A DNA stretch of 64,000 bases from Eledone cirrhosa (GCA_964016885.1 OZ024745.1:131316001-131380000), one strand, 5' to 3'; numbered from the stretch's first letter, positions 12,365-29,562 are shown. A program made the numbers and translations. The notes: generated from the letters alone by a model not told the origin.

Positions 12365-12925
12365 CCCCACTGTAATCCAAGCTCTCCTCACCTGTAATAT
12401 TCCCCCACTGTAATCCAAGCTCTCCTCACCTGTAATATTCCCCCACTGTAATCTAAGCTGTCCTCACCTGTAATATTCCCCCACTGTAATCCAAGCTCTC
12501 CTCACCTGTAATATTCCCCCACTGTAATCCAAGCTCTCCTCACCTGTAATATTCCCCCACTGTAATCTAAGCTCTCCTCACCTGTAATATTCCCCCACTG
12601 TAATCCAAGCTCTCCTCACCTGTAATATTCCCCCACTGTAATCCAAGCTCTCCTCACCTGTAATATTCCCCCACTGTAATCCAAGCTCTCCTCACCTGTA
12701 ATATTCCCCCACTGTAATCTAAGCTCTCCTCACCTGTAATATTCCCCCACTGTAATCCAAGCTCTCCTCACCTGTAATATTCCCCCACTGTAATCCAAGC
12801 TGTCCTCACCTGTAATATTCCCCCACTGTAATCCAAGCTCTCCTCACCTGTAATATTCCCCCACTGTAATCCAAGCTCTCCTCACCTGTAATATTCCCCC
12901 ACTGTAATCCAAGCTGTCCTCATCT
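12361..12925. repeat. 38-bp minisatellite (ATTCCCCCACTGTAATCCAAGCTCTCCTCACCTGTAAT), ~15 copies
   Basis: Near-identical tandem units. Confidence 0.95.
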
Positions 12926-12959
12926 GTGATACTGACTGCACCACACACCTCTTATTAAC

Positions 12960-13570
12960 CCACCACTCACCAACACCTCCCTTCCTTTCCCCCTCACCTA
13001 CCACTCCTCTTCCTTCCCCCTATGGCACCGTATCCTTCATTGCTTCCGAACCTTTGTCAGTTCTCGCCTCTTTCCCAACACACCCATCACTGTCTTTAAG
13101 TGTGCCTATAATCTCCATAACCAACCTTCTTGTGCATAGTTCCTTCTCCACCTCCCCTGTGTCTCCACCTTCCCTAGGTCTCCACCTGGCTCCCTGTCTG
13201 TGTTCCCGGCCTCGCTTTAATACTTGTCCCTATATAACAAACCTCACTGCTTACACAGGTGCAAACCATTCTTTCGGCATTTACCACTCCTTCACCCGCA
13301 CCCCTACGAATGTCGTCTATGTCCTCCAGTGTTCCCTTTGTAGAGTTACTTACATTGGACAAACAGGCTGCCATCTGGCAGACCAATTCACTGAGCACCT
13401 GAAGAAAATACGAATAGGTAAAGACACTCCTGTCACTTTCATTTCCCCAACCATTCTACTCAACACCTCACTAGGCCTCCTTTTACACCACGGATCCACA
13501 GCCACTCACTCCAGGACTTAATTTTTTGTAGTGGAATTACTTTTCTAAATGGACTCAATTCACTCCCGCA
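12960..13570 (+). mobile_element. Penelope-like element remnant (RT-EN linker and GIY-YIG endonuclease), pseudogenised
   Basis: PFPLTYH..NLLVHS..CSRPRFNTCPY..NVVYVLQCSLCRVTYIGQTG..FTEHLKKIR..NGLN: canonical PLE GIY-YIG signature. Confidence 0.85.
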
Positions 13571-13647
13571 ACAGTTCCTATAACCTCTTGTTATCCACAC
13601 ACAACTCCAGCCACCACACAATACACACCGACATTCCAAGACTCAAG

Positions 13648-13801
13648 CTTGAGGGTGCATCTGTGCTTGTATCTCTTGAGGGTGCATCTGTGCTTGTATC
13701 TCTTGAGGGTGCATCTGTGCTTGTATCTCTTGAGGGTGCATCTGTGCTTGTATCTCTTGAGGGTGCATCTGTGCTTGTATCTCTTGAGGGTGCATCTGTG
13801 T
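13648..13801. repeat. 27-bp minisatellite (CTTGAGGGTGCATCTGTGCTTGTATCT), ~6 copies
   Basis: Tandem units. Confidence 0.95.
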
Positions 13802-14139
13802 TCCTGGCTGTGGCTCCAGTGTTGAATGTTTCCTAGCATTTACTCCACCATTCAAAAGAAACAATGAGAAGATCTTCGGAATTTCAGAACAACCATCCAA
13901 AAAAATCATGTAACAAGGAAAAAACTTCAAAATAGCAAAGAAGTAATTAAATGAAGGAAAACTGTAATTGATAAGAGTCCTAGAAGATAACGTTTCCTTA
14001 ACAGTGGGTTGAGATTGAATCATCAAAAGGATACACGAGTTCTATGAACAACTGTATTCATTCGACCAAGTTGAACTAGAGCCTGGGGACTGGGAGACAG
14101 AAATTCACCAACAGCTGGAAGGCTTTCCAAAAACTAAAG

Positions 14140-14235
14140 TCTATAGTAGAAGAAACTTGACCAAGGTGTCACACAGAGGTACCAGATCTGGAACCACATG
14201 GATGAAAAAGAACTCCTTAATCAAACAGCCATGAA
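14140..14235 (-). mobile_element. tRNA-derived SINE head (family 3), degenerate
   Basis: Reverse complement CATGGCTGT..TTAAG..CATGTGGTTCC..CACCTTGG..TTCTTCTACTATAG; related fragment at ~54920-54980. Confidence 0.5.
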
Positions 14236-14685
14236 TAAAAATTCTTTTTTGTTAATAAATCAAACCCAAATTTGAACCAGTTTTCCTGTACTAAACAACA
14301 TTCAAGTTTTAGCAAAGAAACTGTTCAGTTTCAACTTGAAGCAACCCATTGAAAAGCAAGATAACTGAGATAAGAATAAATAAGAATTTTGGCTTAGAGT
14401 CAACTTTTTAACATCAGTTTAAACAAATGGAAAACAGACATATTTTCACATATTTCAAAAACAAGTCCTAATTAATCTAAAAGATAAAAAACATCACAAT
14501 TTAACAATTTCATTGACGAAGATAAATAAAACAAAATATTTGCATTCTAAAAATTTTAATTTTATCATCAAATATAATAAATATTTTTGTTGGGTTGATT
14601 ATTTTTTAGATCTAGTCTGGCAGTAAATGCTGGTGATGATAGAGTCTCCAGCCTTCTTTCTACCACTGCAGTACCTTACAAATTA

Positions 14686-14851
14686 CCGTATTTCCCAGTG
14701 CCGAAGACACTTCATCCTTGAGGATGCACCCTAATTTTGACAACCAAAAATTTGAAAAAAATAATAAACAATCTCCGGCCTCCAGGACGCATGGCAGATT
14801 TTTGAGACTTATTTTAGGAAAAAGTAGTGTCTTCGACGCTGGGAAATACGG
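14686..14851. mobile_element. Tc1/mariner-pogo (Tigger-like) MITE
   Basis: TIRs CCGTATTTCCCAGTGCCGAAGACAC / GTGTCTTCGACGCTGGGAAATACGG flanked by a TA TSD. Confidence 0.9.
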
Positions 14852-15644
14852 TAAATATGTATCAGGTTGTTTTGCATGTGGAATGATTCAAGCACGTCAT
14901 TGTAAGCTTACAAAACATTTGAAAATTCTACAATACTTCTGTTATCTGTCAATGGCTAAAAAATCTACCTCATCATGAAACTTACTCTCGGGTCTTGAAT
15001 AATCCCCCCCCCCCCCCCCCCCCACACACACACACTTATTAATTTTTCAGATTTTTTCCAAATCCCCACTCTTAATTAAATTTTGCTGATCTATCTCTAA
15101 AAAAAAATTATTTTAAGTGGTTGCATTTCTGCAACAATTAATTTTCCTTTAAAAAACATTATACATTGCAAAAAAAGTACATTACAAGAAATCTAATACA
15201 TTATAAAATAAATAGGATGGAATGGGCTCTCAATATGTAAACTAAACGACTAATTCTGTTTTTTTTAAAAATCAATGGAGACAACCTAGAAAAATTACCA
15301 ATTTTCCATCCAGCTCCACTTATTCCAGCCCTGCTTCTATTATTTGGGACCTAAGAGTATTGTCTGGTAGATAGCGTCTTCTATTGAAAACTGAGTGAAT
15401 TTTTTCAAATGATGGAACATGTCCTAAGTAGCTCTGGCAATAGCAGATACATGTGGACCAACAGAGTGCTAGAAGAGTTGACTCAATCTGGGACCAGATG
15501 CCATCCAAAACCACTGGTTCGGCTCTAACATTTGTAACAGAAGGGATGGAGAAGAAATGGAGGGGATACAAAAAGATACTATGATATGAAGTTGTGCTCG
15601 GACAGAACCTGCTTGGACCAGAATGGGATTGGGTGATACCTGAT

Positions 15645-15843
15645 CTGCGGCAAAAAGCACCCAACACACACTGTCAATGTGGTTGGCATTAGGAATGGCA
15701 TCCAGCCTTAGAAAACCAGTTGAAAACTCTCCTATATGAGCGAGACACAATCACCTAACCCAACTTGCCTCTAATTGGGACAAACCCACCTAACCCATGC
15801 TAGCATGGAAGATAGACGTTAATCAATGATGATGATGATGATG
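15645..15843 (+). mobile_element. SINE/RTE 3'-end fragment with (GAT)n tail
   Basis: GGCATTAGGAATGGCATCCAGC..AACCCATGCTAGCATGGAAG..GACGTTAA(TGA)n, related to 19200-19379. Confidence 0.75.
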
Positions 15844-16044
15844 AACCATTTTCATCATCCAGTCATCTGTGATTTTAAGGTACTGATGGAGTCCAATGGT
15901 TGATATCCTGTATGACAGCTCAAGCTGGGTCATTCCTCAATCTCCATTTTTGTCTAGTGAGATAGATTCACATCTGGGTGATGTATTTTATTACAGGTTT
16001 ATTATTGTTATTGTTATTATTATTAATATTATTATTAGGGTGGG

Positions 16045-16255
16045 GGATTGGCATTATTGATAGTGTCAGACAACATGCTTCGAAGTATAAAGTTACGGCC
16101 CTTTACGTTCTCAGTTGAAATCCCGCCGTGGTTAACTTTGCCTTTTATCCTTACGGGGTCAATAAAATAAAGTACCAATCATGCACTGGGGTCGATTTAA
16201 TCGACTTTCCCCTCCCCCAAAATTGCTGGCCTTGTGCTTATATAAGAAACCATTA
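16045..16255 (+). mobile_element. tRNA-derived SINE (family 1)
   Basis: GTTGAAATCCCGCC..AACTTTGCCTTTTATCCTTACGGGGTCAATAAAATAAAGTACC..GCTGGCCTTGTGC, (ATT)n tail. Confidence 0.85.
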
Positions 16256-16265
16256 TTATATTTTA

Positions 16266-16485
16266 CCCTTTAGCATTTAAACCGCCTGTATCTGGCCAGA
16301 ATCCTCTCACCTCTTTCTATTCAAACTGGCCATAACTAGCTGCTTATACTTATGTTGAGGTATTGTTCTCAAAATAAATAATATCAAAATCTGATAGATT
16401 TGATATCATGTGAGATAATTATGTGAGATAAAGCCTTTACTGTGAAAATATATAGTAAATATAGAGTAATGTAAATACTAAAGCG
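16266..16485 (+). mobile_element. piggyBac-like MITE (family 1), partial
   Basis: CCCTTTAGCATT terminus and internal sequence homologous to 49766-49972. Confidence 0.7.
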
Positions 16486-16494
16486 TAAATACTA

Positions 16495-16680
16495 AGCAGT
16501 GGATTAGCAGAATCTTGATAGCGTTGAATGGTATTTGTTCTGGTTCGCTACATTCCGAGTTCAAATCCTGCCAAGACCAACTTTGCCTTTCATATATCAA
16601 AGTTACCATTTAAGCACTGGCATTGATTTTATCAACTAAACCCTTCCTGCAAATTTCTGGCCTTTTGCCTATTTTAGAAA
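16495..16680 (+). mobile_element. tRNA-derived SINE (family 1), degenerate
   Basis: GAGTTCAAATCC..CAACTTTGCCTTTCAT..CTGGCCTTTTGCC. Confidence 0.75.
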
Positions 16681-17198
16681 TTATTATCATTATCATTTTA
16701 GGTCTGCATCTCAGTAAGGTTTCTAAGGAAACACAGTATACAGTTCTCTAAATATCTGTAGCAATATACGATACTATGGTCTTAAATACCTGCTTTTCTT
16801 TCATTTTCACCATACACATTACCGTGATTTTGGAACTACAGGAATGCAAATAATGCTTATATATTTTTTGTTGTTGATGTTGTTTTTGGCATTCTACCAT
16901 CTATATTTAGAGTTATGTAAAATCAGTAGCAACTCAGACATATATTAATGTACCTAAGTATAGGTGCTAGTATTTGGGTAAAGGCTTAAACTATAAAGAA
17001 ACATTGAAGTTGATATATCAAAATATTGCTCCAAAAGAAGTTAAAAAAACTGTCAAAATAAAATCTTACAATTAAAATAATCAAGATTTAAGGCATGAAA
17101 GTAAAACAAGTGCTAATAAAAATCAGAGCACTGGGTATGATTAAAAATATAGGAACAAAAACATAGCAGCAATAGTAGGGTATCACAATGCTATACAG

Positions 17199-17365
17199 CA
17201 GGCATGTCAAACTGAGGGTCACCTGAGGGTCACATGGATCACATGTGTTGTCTGAGGGTCACACATTACAACTAATATTTTTTATTTTAAATTACACTCG
17301 CGCTGTAAAAACAATTGTGCGGGCCGCAGATGTGCTTGTAAAGGGCTGCATGTTTGACATGCCTG
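17199..17365. mobile_element. hAT (Charlie-like) MITE
   Basis: Perfect 14-bp TIRs CAGGCATGTCAAAC / GTTTGACATGCCTG; 8-bp TSD CTATACAG/CTATACAC. Confidence 0.9.
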
Positions 17366-17588
17366 CTATACACTATCCCCCAAAATATGTTTGCTAAGAA
17401 CAGCCGACATCAATTCAATAACTCGGGTCAAACAGAACAGTCTACACACACAACACCTCCCCTATACAACAAGTGCCTCATTAAATAAAATCCAACACAC
17501 AAAATACATATACTCTTGAACCCTTTAACATTTACATTACTCTATATTTACTATTGTATTTTCATGGTAAAGGTTTTATCTCCTATAA

Positions 17589-17617
17589 TGCATATATATA
17601 TATATATATATATGCAC

Positions 17618-17656
<39 letters not shown>

Positions 17657-17672
17657 CATATATATATATATG

Positions 17673-17706
<34 letters not shown>

Positions 17707-17978
17707 TATATATATATATATATATATGCATATATATATATATATATGCATATATATATATATATATGCATATATCTATATATATATATATATATATATA
17801 TATGCATATATATATATATATATGCATGTATATATATATATATATATATATGCATATATCTATATATATATATATATATGCATATATCTATATATATATA
17901 TATATATGCATATATATATATATATATATATATGCATATATATATATATATATATGCATATATATATATATATATATA

Positions 17979-18046
<68 letters not shown>

Positions 18047-18070
18047 TATATATATATATATATATATATA

Positions 18071-18122
<52 letters not shown>

Positions 18123-18194
18123 TATATATATATATATATATATGCATATATATATATATATATATATGCATATATATATATATATATATATGCA
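17589..18194. repeat. (TA)n-TGCA self-complementary satellite, block 1
   Basis: Begins abruptly inside a truncated piggyBac MITE end (17520-17588). Confidence 0.95.
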
Positions 18195-19379
18195 TTGGTC
18201 GTGCTCGGTGTGTAGGAAAGGCGTAGGTAGAAACTCCATTTTATGTCCTAAATGCAAAGTATGGGTGCATAAAAGATGTAGTGGGATCACAGGTAGGCTA
18301 ACTAAGAACATAGATTTTACATGTGGCCGGTGCTCTGGTGCAATAAGTAGCAGCAAGTGCCCACAAAATACTAGCTCTTTCAATTGCGCAGAGGGTTCTA
18401 TAGAAATAGTGGACAGCTTCCGTTACCTGGGCGATAAAATCAGCAGTGGGGGAGGGTGCTCTGAAAGTACTGTAGCTAGAGTCAGAACTGGTTGGAAAAA
18501 GTTCAGAGAGCTTATACCACTATTAGCTGCTAAAGGGTTCTCACTAAAAATGAAAGGCAGGTTGTACGATGCCTGCATACGAACAGCAATGCTGCATGGC
18601 AGTGAGACCTGGGCATTGTGTGCAGAGGATATACGCAGACTAGAGAGGAACGAAGCTTGCATGCTCCGCTGGATGTGTAACAGTAATATACGTGAACGGC
18701 AAAGCATAAACGAACTAAGGAATAAATTAGAGATAAGAGGGATCAGATGTTGTCTACTCGAGAGAAGGCTACGTTGGTATGGACACGTGATGCGCATGAA
18801 AGTCGATAGCTGTATAACAAAGTGCAGGGCAATAAAGATAGACGGTAGTCACGGAATAGGCAGACCTAGAAAAACCTGGGACGAGCTGATAAACTCCGAC
18901 ATCACACACTTACACCTCTCCAAGACAATGTCACTGGACCGAGACCTTTGGCGGTACTCAGTAACAGAGAAGACCCGCCTTACCTAAATATATAGTAAAA
19001 CCTACTCCAGCCAGTAGGCATCTCTAACAAATACACCCCGTCCCACCACCCCCACCCGATCCACACCACCCCGTTCTATGTAAAGTTATGTTGGTGCCGC
19101 GCCATCGAGGCCGAAACAAATGAGATCGTGTAGGTGTCACGACAAAAAAACACACAGTCCACGCTGTAATGTGGCCGTGTAGGCAACACGGTAAAAACCT
19201 CCCAGACCCACACTGTAAATGTGGTTGGTGTTAGGAAGGGCATCCAACTGTAGAAAACCTGCCAGACAGTCCTATGCGAGCAAGACAATCACTCTTGCCT
19301 CAAGTGGGACTACCCCCGTCCAAACCCATGCAAGCGTGGAACACGGACGTTAAACGTTGATGATGATGATGATGATGAT
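18195..19379 (+). mobile_element. 5'-truncated RTE LINE (subfamily B): PHD-like finger, RT C-terminus, 3'UTR and (GAT)7 tail
   Basis: Stop-free [61 protein letters not shown] to the stop at 18987. Confidence 0.93.
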
Positions 19380-19405
19380 ATATATATATATGCATATATA
19401 TATAT

Positions 19406-19650
19406 ATCATCATCATCATCAACGTTTAACGTCCGTGTTCCACGCTTGCATGGGTTTGGACGGGGGTAGTCCCACTTGAGGCAAGAGTGATTGTCTTGCT
19501 CGCATAGGACTGTCTGGCAGGTTTTCTACAGTTGGATGCCCTTCCTAACACCAACCACATTTACAGTGTGGGTCTGGGAGGTTTTTACCGTGTTGCCTAC
19601 ACGGCCACATTACAGCGTGGACTGTGTGTTTTTTTGTCGTGACACCTACA
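19406..19650 (-). mobile_element. Inverted copy of the last ~245 nt of the RTE-B 3'UTR with (GAT)5 tail
   Basis: Reverse complement of 19129-19373 with no visible substitutions. Confidence 0.95.
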
Positions 19651-19738
19651 TATATATATATATGCATATATATATATATATATATATATATGCATATATA
19701 TATATATATATATATATGCATATATATATATATATATA

Positions 19739-19774
<36 letters not shown>

Positions 19775-19841
19775 TATATATATATATATGCATATATATA
19801 TATATATATATGCATATATATATATATATATATATATATGC

Positions 19842-19876
<35 letters not shown>

Positions 19877-19878
19877 TA

Positions 19879-19918
<40 letters not shown>

Positions 19919-20020
19919 TATATATATATATGCATATATATATATATATATATATATGCATATATATATATATATATATATGCATATATATATATATGCA
20001 TATATATATATATATATATA

Positions 20021-20054
<34 letters not shown>

Positions 20055-20214
20055 TATATATATATATATATATGCATATATATATATATATATATGCATA
20101 TATATATATATATATATGCATATATATATATATATATATGCATATATATATATATATGCATATATATATATATATATATGCATATATATATATATATATG
20201 CATATATATATATA

Positions 20215-20252
<38 letters not shown>

Positions 20253-20270
20253 TATATATATATATATATA

Positions 20271-20304
<34 letters not shown>

Positions 20305-20406
20305 TATATATATATATATATATATATATGCATATATATATATATATATATATATGCATATATATATATATATATATATATGCATATATATATATATATA
20401 TATATA

Positions 20407-20442
<36 letters not shown>

Positions 20443-21480
20443 TATATATATATATATATGCATATATATATATATATATATGCATATATATATATATATA
20501 TATATGCAAATATATATATATATATATATATGCAAATATATATATATATATGCATATATATATATATATATGCATATATATATATATATATATATGCATA
20601 TATATATATATATATATGCATATATATATATATGCATATATATATATATGCATATATATATATATATGCATATATATATATATATATGCATATATATATA
20701 TATGCATATATATATATATATATGCATATATATATATATATATGCATATATATATATATATATATATGCATATATATATATATATATATATGCATATATA
20801 TATATATATATATATGCATATATATATATATATATATATGCATATATATATATATATATATATGCATATATATATATATATATATATGCATATATATATA
20901 TATATATATATGCATATATATATATATATATATGCATATATATATATATATATATATGCATATATATATATATATATATGCATATATATATATATATATA
21001 TATATGCATATATATATATGCATATATATGCATATATATATATGCATATATATATATATATATATATGCATATATATATATATGCATATATATATATATA
21101 TATATATGCATATATATATATATATATATATATGCATATATATATATATATATGCATATATATATATATATATATATATGCATATATATATATATATATA
21201 TATGCAAATATATATATATATATATATATGCATATATATATATATATATATATGCATATATATATATATGCAAATATATATATATATATATATGCATATA
21301 TATATATATATATATATATATGCATATATATATATATATATATATGCAAATATATATATATATATATGCATATATATATATATATATATATATGCATATA
21401 TATATATATATATATATATATGCATATATATATATATATATATATGCATATATATATATATATATATATATATGCATATA
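19651..21480. repeat. (TA)n-TGCA satellite, block 2
   Basis: Direct inspection. Confidence 0.95.
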
Positions 21481-21657
21481 TAGAAAGGATGAATATAAAA
21501 TGAAAGTGCTTTTGTTAAAAAAGGAATTTATTAGGTATTGACATATGTTTCTGTAACAGACGGAATACCTATGTATCGCTGCTTGCGTATTCATATAATG
21601 TTAGCAAGTATTCGATAGCAAATGTATAATCAGTTGTCACTTCTTCAGAGATTTGAT
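21481..21657 (-). mobile_element. Penelope-type terminal module with hammerhead-like core (copy 2), isolated in satellite
   Basis: Reverse complement of 9896-10068 with a few substitutions. Confidence 0.6.
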
Positions 21658-21681
21658 TATATGCATATATATATATATATA

Positions 21682-21719
<38 letters not shown>

Positions 21720-21827
21720 TATATATATATATATATATATGCATATATATATATATATATATGCATATATATATATATATATATGCATATATATATATAT
21801 ATATCTATATATATATGCATATATATA

Positions 21828-21905
<78 letters not shown>

Positions 21906-22128
21906 TATATATATATATATGCATATATATATATATATATGCATATATATATATATATATGCATATATATATATATATATATGCATATATATATATATGC
22001 ATATATATATATATATATGCATATATATATATATATATGCATATATATATATATATGCATATATATATATGCATATATATATATGCATATATATATATAT
22101 ATATATGCATATATATATATATATATAT
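21658..22128. repeat. (TA)n-TGCA satellite, block 3
   Basis: Direct inspection. Confidence 0.95.
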
Positions 22129-22752
22129 ATCATCATCATCATCATTTTACGTCTGCTTTTCCCTGCTTGCAAGGGTGGGACGGGTCTTATTCAGCACAGC
22201 ATCTCTCCACTCGTCACGGTCCCTCGTCATCTCCACCGTGAGCTTCAATGATCTGAGGTCTGTTCTCCCCACCTCCGCCCATGTTTTTCGTGGTCTACCT
22301 CTACCACGTCTTCCTTCAACTGGCATTTCCTGGCACTTCTTCACCCATCGGTCATCCTCCATGCGCATCACATGTCCATACCACCTCAGTCTCCTCTCCC
22401 GTACACTACATTCTATCCCTCTCAGACACAGTTTCTCTCTCAACACATTTATGCTGGGTCGTTCACGCACATTTACACTGCACATCCAACGGAGCATGCT
22501 TGCCTCATTTCTCTCCAGCTGTCGCATATCTTCTGCGGTTGCTGCCCATGTCTCACTACCATGCAGCATCGCGCTCCTCACACAGGCATCATACAACCGG
22601 CCTTTCGTACGCAGGGAGAAACCCTTCTTCGTCAACAGAGGAAGCAGCTCCGTAAACTTCTTCCAACCCATCCTTATTCTAGATACTATGGCCTCGGAAC
22701 ACCCTCCTCCCATGCTAATCTGATCTCCTAGATACCGGAAGCTATCCACCAC

Positions 22753-22753
<1 letters not shown>
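22129..22753 (-). mobile_element. 5'-truncated RTE LINE (subfamily A) 3' end with (GAT)n tail
   Basis: Stop-free [17 protein letters not shown]; only ~8 amino-acid differences from 28941-29547. Confidence 0.95.
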
Positions 22754-26694
<3,941 letters not shown>

Positions 26695-29547
26695 ATTTTC
26701 CTGGCTGAGAAATGGATCAATAAGACAATAGAGGTAGTTCGAGTTAGTAATCGAATAATTAAGCTTAGATTAGTTGTAGGAAGGAGACTACTGACAATCA
26801 TCTCGGTCTATGCTCCCCAAGCAGGCCTAGGCAAAGATGAGAAAGACTGCTTTTATGAGCAACTTTTGCAAACAACCACAATGACAGAGGACGGAGACAT
26901 CGTTATGCTAGCAGGAGACTTCAATGGTCATGTTGGACAGCTCCAGGATGGTTACACTGGGGTACATGGTGGGCACGGTTACGGTTCAAGAAATGAAGAA
27001 GGAGTGAGACTTCTTGAATTTTGTGATGCAAGTACATTGACTATTTGCAACACAAACTTCCAGAAACCTGCCAATCACCTAATAACCTACAAATCTGGTG
27101 AGCACATAAGCCAGATTGACTTCCTGCTAGTTAGGCAGTGGGACAGGCAGATAGTGTCTAATACCAAGGCATACCCTGGGGAAGAATGTACCCCACAGCA
27201 TAGGTTAGTTGTTAGTGATATCTCAGTAAGCAAGAGATGGAATGAGACATATAGGAAGGTGTGGAGAAGAAAGGTCTGGAAGCTAAAAGACATTTCACTA
27301 AAATTCAAATTTAGGAAAGCCCTTCAAGATGTATATGACGAAAAAGAAGACGATTTAGAGACGTATGACATAGATAATAACTGGAAGTTCTTACGTGACA
27401 ACTTGCTGAAGGCTACTGATGAAACCTGTGGCTGGAGCAGAGCTCCAACCAGACAGAGAGTGACCTGGTGGTGGAACAGCAGTGTAGATAAGGCTATTAG
27501 AGACAAAAGACTAGCATGGAAGGCTTGGAATAAGGGTGGGAGTAGGGAAGAATATACAGCCACTAAGAGAGAAGCTAGACGTCAGGTGTACTTAGCACGC
27601 AGGGAGGCAGAGAGTAGGAGGTTTGCCAATGTTCTGCGACGGGAAGATCAGAGGCGTGCGGTGTTCCACATTGCAAGGCAGTGTGTCAATGCAAATCAGG
27701 ATGTTGTTGGTGATAAATGTGTCCGGGATGATGCCGGTGTACTTAGTGTCACGAATGACCAGAAAAAGGAGGCCTGGAAATGTCATTATGAGAGACTGAT
27801 GAATGTGGAGAACGAATGGGAGAGAGAGAAATTACCCTTGGTAGATCCGACAGAGGGACCAGCTATTGAGATTGACGAATATAGAGTCCAAGAGGCGATT
27901 AGGGAAATGAAAAATGGTAAGGCGGCCGGACCATCGGGAATAGTTGCTGAGATGCTGAAGGCATCAGGGGACGTAGGCACTAAACTGGTTGCACGCATAA
28001 TCAATCAGGCTATATATGGTGGTGTCATACCCAAAGACTGGTGCAGCAGTATTCTCATAAATTGCTACAAAGGTAAAGGGGATGCTTTGGAGAGGAGCAA
28101 TTATAGGGGTATAAAACTGATAGATCAGGTTATGAAAGTGGCAGAAAGGATTTTAGCACAACTAATTAGAGAAAGGGTCAAACTAGATGAGATGCAGTTT
28201 GGTTTTGTGCCTGGGAAGAGTACAACAGATGCCCTCTTCTTGGTGAGACAAATGCAAGAGAGGTTCTTAGAGAAGAATAAGCCACTATACTTAGCCTTTG
28301 TTGACCTAGAGAAGGCCTTTGATAGGGTACCCCGATCTGTCATCTGGTGGTCCCTAAGGAAGCTGGGTGTTGAGGAATGGCTTGTAAGGACAGTGCAAAC
28401 TTTGTACAGAGGTACTCTCAGTAAAGTCAGGGTAGGAATGGAGTTTAGTGAGGAATTCCAGATACAAGTAGGAGTACATCAGGGTTCGGTCCTCAGCCCG
28501 CTCTTGTTCATTATAGTCCTCCAAGCCATAACAGAGGAGTTTAAGACTGGCTGTCCATGGGAACTTCTCTATGCTGATGATCTGGCTCTTATGGCAGAAT
28601 CAGTAGAGGAGCTAGAGAATAAATTCCGGCTATGGAAACAGCAGTTGGAAGCAAGAGGACTGAGAGTAAATCTAGCTAAGACAAAAGTGTTGATGAGTAG
28701 AAAAGAGGACAAAACCCTGATTCCGTCAGGGAAATGGCCATGTTCGATATGCAGAAAAGGAACTGGCATAAATTCTATAAAATGCACACAATGTAGGTCC
28801 TGGGTACACAAGAGATGTAGCGGGATAGCAGGCAAACTAACAGGTAGGGAGAAATATGTATGCAGTAGATGTACAGGGAAATTAGACAGTAGAAGTCGCA
28901 CTGATAGACACATTTTTCAAATGCGAGAGGGCGCTATAGAAGTGGTGGATAGCTTCCGGTACCTAGGAGATCAGATTAGCATGGCAGGAGGGTGTTCCGA
29001 GGCCATAGTATCTAGAATAAGGACGGGTTGGAAGAAGTTTAGGGAGCTGCTTCCTCTGTTGACGAAGAAGGGTTTCTCCCTGCGTACGAAAGGCCGGTTG
29101 TATGATGCCTGTGTGAGGAGCGCGATGCTGCATGGTAGTGAGACATGGGCAGCTACTGCAGAAGATATGCGACGGCTGGAGAGAAATGAGGCAAGCATGC
29201 TCCGTTGGATGTGCAGTGTAAATGTGCGTGAACGACCCAGCATAAATGTGTTGAGAGAGAAACTGTGTCTGAGAGGGATAGAATGTAGTGTGCGGGAGAG
29301 GAGACTGAGGTGGTATGGACATGTGATGCGCATGGAGGATGACCGATGGGTGAAGAAGTGCCAGGAAATGCCATTTGAAGGAAGACGTGGTAGAGGTAGA
29401 CCACGAAAAACATGGGCGGAGGTGGTGAGAACAGACCTCAGATCATTGAAGCTCACGGTGGAGATGATGAGGGACCGTGACGAGTGGAGAGATGCTGTGC
29501 TGAATAAGACCCGTCCCACCCTTGCAAGCAGAGAAAAGCGGACGTAA
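26695..29547 (+). CDS. RTE-clade LINE ORF (~950 aa, N-terminally truncated): APE endonuclease, reverse transcriptase and PHD-type zinc finger
   Basis: EN motifs [19 protein letters not shown]; RT motifs [40 protein letters not shown]; RTE C-terminal LHGSETW/RLRWYGH/GRPRKTW; no stops or frameshifts. Confidence 0.95.
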   Translation: MFLAEKWINKTIEVVRVSNRIIKLRLVVGRRLLTIISVYAPQAGLGKDEKDCFYEQLLQTTTMTEDGDIVMLAGDFNGHVGQLQDGYTGVHGGHGYGSRNEEGVRLLEFCDASTLTICNTNFQKPANHLITYKSGEHISQIDFLLVRQWDRQIVSNTKAYPGEECTPQHRLVVSDISVSKRWNETYRKVWRRKVWKLKDISLKFKFRKALQDVYDEKEDDLETYDIDNNWKFLRDNLLKATDETCGWSRAPTRQRVTWWWNSSVDKAIRDKRLAWKAWNKGGSREEYTATKREARRQVYLARREAESRRFANVLRREDQRRAVFHIARQCVNANQDVVGDKCVRDDAGVLSVTNDQKKEAWKCHYERLMNVENEWEREKLPLVDPTEGPAIEIDEYRVQEAIREMKNGKAAGPSGIVAEMLKASGDVGTKLVARIINQAIYGGVIPKDWCSSILINCYKGKGDALERSNYRGIKLIDQVMKVAERILAQLIRERVKLDEMQFGFVPGKSTTDALFLVRQMQERFLEKNKPLYLAFVDLEKAFDRVPRSVIWWSLRKLGVEEWLVRTVQTLYRGTLSKVRVGMEFSEEFQIQVGVHQGSVLSPLLFIIVLQAITEEFKTGCPWELLYADDLALMAESVEELENKFRLWKQQLEARGLRVNLAKTKVLMSRKEDKTLIPSGKWPCSICRKGTGINSIKCTQCRSWVHKRCSGIAGKLTGREKYVCSRCTGKLDSRSRTDRHIFQMREGAIEVVDSFRYLGDQISMAGGCSEAIVSRIRTGWKKFRELLPLLTKKGFSLRTKGRLYDACVRSAMLHGSETWAATAEDMRRLERNEASMLRWMCSVNVRERPSINVLREKLCLRGIECSVRERRLRWYGHVMRMEDDRWVKKCQEMPFEGRRGRGRPRKTWAEVVRTDLRSLKLTVEMMRDRDEWRDAVLNKTRPTLASREKRT

Positions 29548-29562
29548 AATGATGATGATGAT
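26695..29562 (+). mobile_element. Young RTE LINE (subfamily A), 5'-truncated, (GAT)4 tail, inserted in (TA)n-TGCA
   Basis: Intact ORF ending 3 nt before the (GAT)n tail; satellite on both sides. Confidence 0.95.

Noticed and set aside
12361-12925. Possible CRISPR-like array (also 3308-4095)
   Set aside because: The units are directly tandem with no unique spacers, the context is eukaryotic and there are no cas genes.
16045-16140. tRNA genes suggested by A/B-box motifs
   Set aside because: No cloverleaf; the motifs belong to multi-copy SINE heads.
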